Assembly: GCA_963783375.1 (NCBI GenBank)
Contig: CAWANH010000003.1
Coordinates: 192,001-256,000 of the forward strand
Direction: 5' to 3'
From: Candidatus Eiseniibacteriota bacterium
GTDB taxonomy: Bacteria; Eisenbacteria; RBG-16-71-46; JABDJR01
DNA: 64,000 nt
Of the stretch, positions 57,701 to 64,000 are shown piece by piece. The number at the start of each line of letters is the position of its first letter. Positions within the stretch are counted from its first letter, which is position 1. The notes under the pieces were generated by a model. The model was not told where the DNA came from, did no database searches, and saw only the letters and a program-made list of their open reading frames with translations. The position numbers and the translations under genes were made by a program.

Positions 57701-57709
57701 TGGTATACT
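57701..57709 (+). promoter_or_regulatory. Extended -10 element for the phosphodiesterase gene
   Basis: TGGTATACT 48 nt before ATG 57757; AGGAG between. Confidence 0.45.
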
Positions 57710-57756
57710 TCATCGCTGCTTTTTGGAACGCCCGAATTTCAGGAGACCCTCCGCCC

Positions 57757-59940
57757 ATGCACGTCCCCCGCCGCCCCCGACCCGTCCCCACCGCCGCGGT
57801 CCTCATCGCTCTCGTCGTCCTCCTCGCACCCGCAGGCCGGACTCCGGCCCGGGCCGCGGACGCCCATCCCAAGGTGGTGGTGCTGGGGTTCGACGGGGCC
57901 GATGCCCATCTCACCGAACAGTACATGAACGAGGGGTACCTCCCCAACCTGGCCCGCCTCCGCGACACGGGAACCTACTCCGAGCTGGGGACCACCACGC
58001 CCCCGCAGACCCCGGTCTCCTGGTCCTCCTTCGCCACCGCGATCAACCCGGGGCGGACCGGGATCTTCGACTTCCTGCGCCGGGACCTCGCGACCTATCA
58101 GCCGGATTTCGCCATGTACCAGATCGGGTCGAAGCAGGTCCTGTGGGGAAAGCGCAACAACGCGCTGATCGCCCTGGTGGTCCTGGGAGCGTCGATCCTC
58201 CTGGGACTGGTCCTGGGCGCGGTGGGCCGGCGCCCCGGACGCGGGCTCCTGGTGGGAGCGGGCACGGGCATCGTGCTGGGGGCGCTGGCCTTCTTCGTCA
58301 CCAAGGACATGCTCCCCTACCGGCGGCCCACCGTGGTGAACACCCGCCAGGGCGAGACCTTCTGGGAGGTGGCCGGCCGCCACGGCATCCGGTCGGAGAT
58401 CGTCCGGGTGCCGGCCACATTCCCCGCCCAGCCGTTCCAGAACGGCGAGATCCTGTCCGGGCTCGGGGTGCCCGACATCCGAGGCACCTTCGGCACCTTC
58501 AGCTACTGGACCACCGAGCCGGTGAGCGGAAAGACCGCGGAGAACACCGAGATGGGGGGGAAGGTCATCGAGGTCTCGCTCCTGAACGGCGAGACCGACT
58601 CCTACATCTTCGGCCCCCGGAACCGGCTCTTCGACTCGCCCCCCGACATCATGCCGCCGGTGCACTTCAAGCTCGACCGAAAGGCGAACCCGCCGACGGT
58701 GACCATCACCACCGGGGACGAGACGCGGACGGTGGCGGTGGGGCACTGGAGCGACTGGGTCACCCTGAAGTTCACCTTCAGCCCGGTGATCAAGGCCTAC
58801 GGCACCGCCCGGTTCTTCTTCGTCTCCTCGGAACCCTTCGGGCTCTACATGTCTCCCATCAACATCGACCCCCACCATCCGGTGATGGCGATCTCCGCCC
58901 CCCCCAAGTGGGCCGGGGAAATCGGAGACAAGGTCGGCCCCTACAAGACCCTGGGCTGGGCCATCGACACCTGGGCCCTGAACGAGGAGAAGATCGACGA
59001 AAAGACCTTCCTGGAGGACGCTTACTCCACCGACGGGAAGTTCGCCGACATCATGCACCACCTGATGGACGAGGGGAACTACGACCTCTACGTGCAGGTC
59101 TACGCCATCACCGACCGGGTGGCCCACGTGTTCTGGCGGTTCATCGATCCCACCCACCCCGCCTACGACCCGGCCCTGGCCGCCAGGTACAAGGACTCGA
59201 TCCGCGAGGTCTACCAGTTCATGGACAAGACGGTGGGCGAAGCGATGCAGAAGATGGGGCCGGACGACGTGCTCATGGTCTGCTCCGACCACGGCTTCCA
59301 CACCTGGCACAAGTCCATCAACTACAACACCTGGCTGGTCCGCCACGGCTACATGACCCTCAAGAACACCCAGCCGGACCGCGAGAAGAAGCTCGAGGAC
59401 CTGTTCGGCCAGGGCCAGTTCTGGCCCAACGTGGACTGGTCCCGGACCAAGGCCTACGCCCTGGGGCTGGGGGACGTCTACCTGAACGTGAAGGGACGCG
59501 AGGCCCAGGGGATCGTGGAGCCCGGGGAGGAGTACGAGCGCATCCGGGACCAGCTCATCCGGGACATCGAGGCCTACGTGGACCCCGAGACCGGCGACCA
59601 CCCGGTCCGCCGGGCCCTGAAACGCGAGGAGGTGTACTCCGGCTACGACCCGGACCTGATCCCGGACGTGATCCTGGCCAACGACGACAAGTACCGGGTG
59701 TCCTGGCAGACCTCGCTGGGAGGGATCCCCCCGGACATCCTCCAGGTGAACGCCCGCAAGTGGAGCGGCGACCACTGCAGCTTCGACGCGGAGATCACCA
59801 AGGGAATCTTCTTCGCCAACCGGAAGCTCGACGTCTCCGGCGGGATCGACATCATGGACCTCTACCCCACCATCCTGGACTACCTCGGGGTGCCGCTTCC
59901 GGACAGCCTGGACGGGAAGCCCATGCGGGAGATCGACTGA
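57757..59940 (+). CDS. Alkaline phosphatase superfamily (type I phosphodiesterase/NPP) protein with internal two-TM insertion
   Basis: VVLGFDGAD, PPQTPVSWSSF.T..NPG..GIFDF, TDRVAH.FW, CSDHGF, WSGDH, DLYPTIL. Confidence 0.88.
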   Translation: MHVPRRPRPVPTAAVLIALVVLLAPAGRTPARAADAHPKVVVLGFDGADAHLTEQYMNEGYLPNLARLRDTGTYSELGTTTPPQTPVSWSSFATAINPGRTGIFDFLRRDLATYQPDFAMYQIGSKQVLWGKRNNALIALVVLGASILLGLVLGAVGRRPGRGLLVGAGTGIVLGALAFFVTKDMLPYRRPTVVNTRQGETFWEVAGRHGIRSEIVRVPATFPAQPFQNGEILSGLGVPDIRGTFGTFSYWTTEPVSGKTAENTEMGGKVIEVSLLNGETDSYIFGPRNRLFDSPPDIMPPVHFKLDRKANPPTVTITTGDETRTVAVGHWSDWVTLKFTFSPVIKAYGTARFFFVSSEPFGLYMSPINIDPHHPVMAISAPPKWAGEIGDKVGPYKTLGWAIDTWALNEEKIDEKTFLEDAYSTDGKFADIMHHLMDEGNYDLYVQVYAITDRVAHVFWRFIDPTHPAYDPALAARYKDSIREVYQFMDKTVGEAMQKMGPDDVLMVCSDHGFHTWHKSINYNTWLVRHGYMTLKNTQPDREKKLEDLFGQGQFWPNVDWSRTKAYALGLGDVYLNVKGREAQGIVEPGEEYERIRDQLIRDIEAYVDPETGDHPVRRALKREEVYSGYDPDLIPDVILANDDKYRVSWQTSLGGIPPDILQVNARKWSGDHCSFDAEITKGIFFANRKLDVSGGIDIMDLYPTILDYLGVPLPDSLDGKPMREID

Positions 59941-59975
59941 GCCGCCGGCCGGGGACGGGCGCGGGCGGGCGGAGG

Positions 59976-60776
59976 CTACTTTCCGGGGGGTCCCAGGCTG
60001 AACTCGGTCTTCTCGTATCCCTCGGGGGGTTCGAACTCCGAGGCCGGGAAGTCCCGGGGCGCGGCCTGGGTCACCGTCATCACCGTGCCCCCCTGCTTGG
60101 GATCGAGGTCCACGACCTTGAGGGGAAAGCCGTCGACCCCCTCCAGCGCCTCCACGTAGCGCGCCTGGATTCCGGCCTGGCCGGGGGCGATCTTCCCCAG
60201 CCGGGTGAGGACGGCCTTCATGGGGGCCACCGGGATCTCGGAGGTGAGCCAAACCTCGAGGGAGGACTTCCCGTCCAGCGAGACCACCGATTTCCGCGCG
60301 GTGAGGCCGGCGATGGTCGCCTTCTCCCCGGTCGCCGCCACCGTCACCTCGGGGATCCGGGAATCGGCGGAGCCCCCCATGGCGTCGAGCTGCTTCTGGA
60401 TCTGAACCTGCTGGTCGGGGGGGAGGGTCTTCAAGGCATCCTCGAGGGCTTTACGCTGGGTCTCCTGCACCCCCTTCACCAGCTTGGTCATCATGCCGAA
60501 GGTCGCCTCCATCTGGGCGTAGGTGATCACGGTGTAGGAGCGCTGGGAGCGGTTCACCACGGTGACCGCCTCCGGTCCCACGATGGCCTCCTGGGCGTTC
60601 CCCGATTCGGAGACCCGGAACCGGTCCCCCTGGATGTGGAGCTCGGCAGTTCCTTCGGTGTCCCGGTCGGCGTGGACGAGCTGGACCAACCAGCCGCCGG
60701 CGGCGACGGCGGGAGCGGGGACGGCGTAGAATGCGAGGAGAACCAAAAGGGCCGGGACGATCGGGCGGCGGAACAT
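59976..60776 (-). CDS. Secreted DUF4412-like protein
   Basis: Signal peptide; TGEKATIAG, EVWLT, GFPLK, FEPPEGY C-terminal motif; GGAGGT RBS. Confidence 0.7.
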   Translation of the reverse strand: MFRRPIVPALLVLLAFYAVPAPAVAAGGWLVQLVHADRDTEGTAELHIQGDRFRVSESGNAQEAIVGPEAVTVVNRSQRSYTVITYAQMEATFGMMTKLVKGVQETQRKALEDALKTLPPDQQVQIQKQLDAMGGSADSRIPEVTVAATGEKATIAGLTARKSVVSLDGKSSLEVWLTSEIPVAPMKAVLTRLGKIAPGQAGIQARYVEALEGVDGFPLKVVDLDPKQGGTVMTVTQAAPRDFPASEFEPPEGYEKTEFSLGPPGK

Positions 60777-60907
60777 GGTGGAGACCTCCAGGGTTTGGCG
60801 AACCCGGTAATCCTGATGATTTCCCCCCACCCGGTCAAGCGGTCGAGACCGGATCCGGAGCGGACTGCTAGACTGATCGGAGACCTTTTGCCCGCGGAGG
60901 CCATTCC

Positions 60908-61768
60908 TTGAGTTACCGCTCGCGCTCATCCTGGTTGGGGGGAGGATTCTTCGGCTTCCCCCCCGCCATCAGCCAGCTCGTCCTCATCAACGTCATCGTG
61001 TTCCTGCTGGAGCCGCTCGTCATGGGGAGCTATGCGCCCCGGGGCCTGGCCCTGGTTCCCGCCGAGGTGGTGACCCGGGGGATGGTGTGGGAACTCGTGA
61101 CCTACATGTTCCTCCACGGCGGGTTCACCCACATCCTCTTCAACATGTTCGGGTTGATCATCTTCGGCGCCGATCTCGAGCGCTGGTGGGGATCGCGGGA
61201 CTTCCTCAAGTACTATTTCATCACCGGGGTCGGGGCGGGGTTGGTTCACGTTCTCACCTCCTACCTCTTTCCCGGCCACGGCCTCTTCCCGGCCACCATG
61301 GTCCCCACCATCGGCGCCTCGGGGGCGATCTTCGGGGTGCTGGTGGCCTACGCCATGGCCTTCCCCAACCGCAAGGTCCTTCTGTGGTTCGTGATCCCCA
61401 TCTCCGCCCGGACTTTCGTGATCGGGTACGGGATCCTGGAGCTGATCACCGCGGCCCAGCACCAGCCCGGCGACACCGTGGCCCGGTTCGCCCACCTGGG
61501 CGGCATGCTGGTCGGCTACATCTACCTGAAGCACGACATGCTGTGGTGGCGCGCCAAGCGCCTGCTCAACCGTTCGGGGGGCCTCTCCCGGATCCACGTC
61601 CGCCGGGAGGAGCCCCCCGAGGAGGACGATCAGCTGAAGGAGCGGATCGACCAGATCCTGGAGAAGATCAGCCGGGAAGGGATGGGCTCCCTCACCAAGG
61701 ACGAGGAGCGGATCCTCAAGAAGCGCGCGGACCGCGCCCGCCGCCGCCAGGGCGGAAACGACGCCTGA
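60908..61768 (+). CDS. Rhomboid family intramembrane serine protease with C-terminal helical extension
   Basis: W.LVTYMFLH...HILFNM, IGASGA (Ser), FAHLGG (His); IDQILEKISREG..SLT tail. Confidence 0.93.
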   Translation: MSYRSRSSWLGGGFFGFPPAISQLVLINVIVFLLEPLVMGSYAPRGLALVPAEVVTRGMVWELVTYMFLHGGFTHILFNMFGLIIFGADLERWWGSRDFLKYYFITGVGAGLVHVLTSYLFPGHGLFPATMVPTIGASGAIFGVLVAYAMAFPNRKVLLWFVIPISARTFVIGYGILELITAAQHQPGDTVARFAHLGGMLVGYIYLKHDMLWWRAKRLLNRSGGLSRIHVRREEPPEEDDQLKERIDQILEKISREGMGSLTKDEERILKKRADRARRRQGGNDA

Positions 61769-61826
61769 TCTCCCGGTTCCGGCATGGGACCGGGCCGGTG
61801 GGCTAGGACGCCTTCCGCCGGCCCCC

Positions 61827-62312
61827 TCAGTTCTTCCCCAGAGTCCGGAGCCGCTCGGTGCGGCGCTTCCCCGCCTCCCGGTGCCGGCGCTTCTCGTCCT
61901 CGGTCTCCGGGATCACCGGGGGGATCTCAACCGGGGTGCGGTCCTCGGAAAGGGCCACGAAGGTGAGGTAGGCGGTGGAGGTGTGGCGGCGCGTCCCCTC
62001 CCAGCGGTTCTCCACCTCCGCCCGTACTCCCACCTCCATTGAGGTGCGCCCCACGTAGTTCACCGAGGCCTTGAGCACCAGGACGTCCCCCACCCGCACC
62101 GGCTCCTTGAAGTCGATGTGGTCCACCGAGGCGGTCACGCAGTGACGGCGGGCGTGGCGGGTGGCGGCCAGGGCCGCGGCCACGTCGATGAAGTGCATGA
62201 CCCGCCCGCCCATGATCGTTCCCAGGGGGTTGGCGTCGTTGGGGTACATGAGCTCCAGCATCTCGACCTGGGACTCGCGCATGGGGCGCGGGGCGAGGCG
62301 GTCCTCGGTCAT
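61827..62312 (-). CDS. Acyl-CoA thioesterase (hotdog fold, YciA-like)
   Basis: PNDANPLG...GG, VTASVD, VGRTSMEVGV, AYLTFVA. Confidence 0.92.
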   Translation of the reverse strand: MTEDRLAPRPMRESQVEMLELMYPNDANPLGTIMGGRVMHFIDVAAALAATRHARRHCVTASVDHIDFKEPVRVGDVLVLKASVNYVGRTSMEVGVRAEVENRWEGTRRHTSTAYLTFVALSEDRTPVEIPPVIPETEDEKRRHREAGKRRTERLRTLGKN

Positions 62313-62370
62313 GGCTCCTCCGGGAGGGGAAGGAACGGGGGGGCGGCGCCGGGCCCACCCCCCCAGGGGA

Positions 62371-63351
62371 TCAGGCGCCGGTGGCCTTCTTCACCTCCGC
62401 GGTGAGAAGGGGAAGGATCTCCAGGGCGTCGCCCACGATCCCGTAGTCCGCGACCTTGAAGATCGGAGCCTCGGGATCCTTGTTGATGGCCACGATGCGT
62501 TTCGAGGTGCGCATCCCGGCCAGGTGCTGGATGGCCCCCGAGATGCCGCAGGCGATGTAGAGGTTCGGGCTCACCGTCTTTCCGGTCTGCCCCACCTGGT
62601 GGTCGTGGTCGATCCACCCGGCGTCCACCACCGCCCGGCTCGCCCCCACCGCCGCTCCCAGGGCCTTGGCCAGATCGAAGACCAGCGGGAAGTTCTCCGG
62701 GCCCTTGAGCCCGCGGCCTCCGGAGACGATCCGGTCGGCCTCGGCCACGTCGAGCACTCCCTTCTCGGCGGTCTTGAGCGCGGTCACCCGGGCCCGCGGC
62801 GATACCCCGCCAAGGTCGAGGGTCACGGTTTCCGCCTGGGCCCCCTCGGTCGGGGCCTCGGCCGCGAACACGTTGGGCCGGGCGGTCAGCACCACCTTCT
62901 CGGCCGGCGCGGCCAGCTTCCACACCGCCTTCCCCGCGTACTGGGGACGGCTGACCGTGAGCCGGCCCCCTTCGATCTTCGCCTCGATCACCTCGGGGAG
63001 GAAGGTCCAGCCCAGCCGGGCGGCCACCCGCGGAGCGAGGTCCTTGCCCATGGCGGACGCGGAGAAGACCAGGACGTCGGCGGAGGTCTTCTCGACCGCC
63101 GCGGCCACCGCGGTGGCGTAGCCCTCGGTGGAATAGAGCTCGAGGAAGTCCGCGTCGGCCAGGCAGACCGCCGACGCCCCCTGGGCGGCGATCGGACCGG
63201 CCAGGCCGGCGATCCCCTTCCCCGCAATCACCGCGGCCGGGGTCCCGCCCCCTTCGGCGGCCAAACGCTTGCCCAGGGAGAGAGCCTCCAGGGAGCTCTT
63301 CTTGATCTCTCCTCCGCGCTGCTCGACGAACGTCAGAACCTTGTGCGCCAT
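62371..63351 (-). CDS. etfA: Electron transfer flavoprotein alpha subunit
   Basis: [49 protein letters not shown]. Confidence 0.95.
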   Translation of the reverse strand: MAHKVLTFVEQRGGEIKKSSLEALSLGKRLAAEGGGTPAAVIAGKGIAGLAGPIAAQGASAVCLADADFLELYSTEGYATAVAAAVEKTSADVLVFSASAMGKDLAPRVAARLGWTFLPEVIEAKIEGGRLTVSRPQYAGKAVWKLAAPAEKVVLTARPNVFAAEAPTEGAQAETVTLDLGGVSPRARVTALKTAEKGVLDVAEADRIVSGGRGLKGPENFPLVFDLAKALGAAVGASRAVVDAGWIDHDHQVGQTGKTVSPNLYIACGISGAIQHLAGMRTSKRIVAINKDPEAPIFKVADYGIVGDALEILPLLTAEVKKATGA

Positions 63352-63367
63352 CCTCTTTCCCCTTCCC

Positions 63368-64000
63368 TCAGAGCACTTTCTCGTCTTCGCGCAGGATGCG
63401 CACCATCTCCGCCGCCTGCTGGGCGGCGTCTCCCTCGATCATCCGGTTCTTGCGTTCCTGGGAGGGCTGGGTCACCTCCAGCACCTCGATTCGCGCCTGG
63501 GGCTCGGAGAGGCCGAGATCGGCGGCGGACAGGACCTCCAGCGGCTTCTTCTTGGCCGCCATGATCCCCTTGAGGTTGGCGTACCGGGGTTCGTTCAGCC
63601 CCTTCTGGGCGGCGATCACCGCGGGGAGGGAGAACTCGACCGCTTCGTGGCCCCCCTCGATCTCCCGGTCGGCCTTGCCGGCCTTCGCCCCGGGATCGAT
63701 CTCCAGCCCCACCACCACCGTGACCTGGGGAAGATCCAGCCGCTCGGCCAGCATGGCGGGAATGGCCATCCGGTCGTCGTCCACCGCCTGCTTTCCGCAG
63801 AGCACGAGGTCCGGTTCCTGGCGGCGGACCAGGGCGGCCAGGGCCTCGGAGACGTCGAGCGCGTCGGCCCGGGCGAAGGCGGCATCCTTCAGGGCCACCG
63901 CTTTGTCCGCGCCGAGGGCGAGGGTGTTCCGCATGGCCTCCTCGACCTTTTCCCCGCCGATCGAGACCACGATCACCTCACCGCCGTGCTTTTCCTTGAG
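63368..64000 (-). CDS. etfB: Electron transfer flavoprotein beta subunit (5' end outside window)
   Basis: LALGADKA, GKQAVDDD, REIEGG, LNEPRY..LKGIMAAKKK. Confidence 0.93.
   Translation of the reverse strand, partial: LKEKHGGEVIVVSIGGEKVEEAMRNTLALGADKAVALKDAAFARADALDVSEALAALVRRQEPDLVLCGKQAVDDDRMAIPAMLAERLDLPQVTVVVGLEIDPGAKAGKADREIEGGHEAVEFSLPAVIAAQKGLNEPRYANLKGIMAAKKKPLEVLSAADLGLSEPQARIEVLEVTQPSQERKNRMIEGDAAQQAAEMVRILREDEKVL

Overview
High-GC bacterial chromosomal window with about 52 protein-coding genes, mostly on the minus strand, and one tRNA-Leu(CAG). The diderm gene content and the many FlgD/T9SS-like C-terminal domains suggest an FCB-superphylum candidate lineage such as Eisenbacteria or Krumholzibacteriota (inference only). 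Housekeeping blocks: smpB-amidase-GerMN-murI-rph-rdgB; ALDH-tnaA-LeuC-like-ppdK; HU, ltaE-pgsA-like-tmk, dusB-larB-larC-two ECF-type ATPases; etfBA-thioesterase; rhomboid. Most notable: (1) a visibly lower-GC 33.0-42.9 kb cell-surface locus with a 1112-aa Cys-rich secreted protein behind a consensus sigma70 promoter and a ~370-nt leader, followed by two paralogous lipoproteins and a fourth CTD-bearing protein; (2) a full-length LeuC/aconitase homolog that has lost two of three Fe-S cysteines and its substrate-binding motifs; (3) a sigma54 two-component module with a ligand-less cupredoxin lipoprotein and a visible -24/-12 target promoter; (4) a short C-terminal TWGxxKxxY motif; (5) a lamin-tail/beta-barrel/helix-hairpin-helix trio. 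Frameshifts at 13-19 kb and ~42.95 kb look like long-read indel errors. No CRISPR, rRNA, transposase or integrase was seen. All calls are from reading motifs by eye; no database searches were run.
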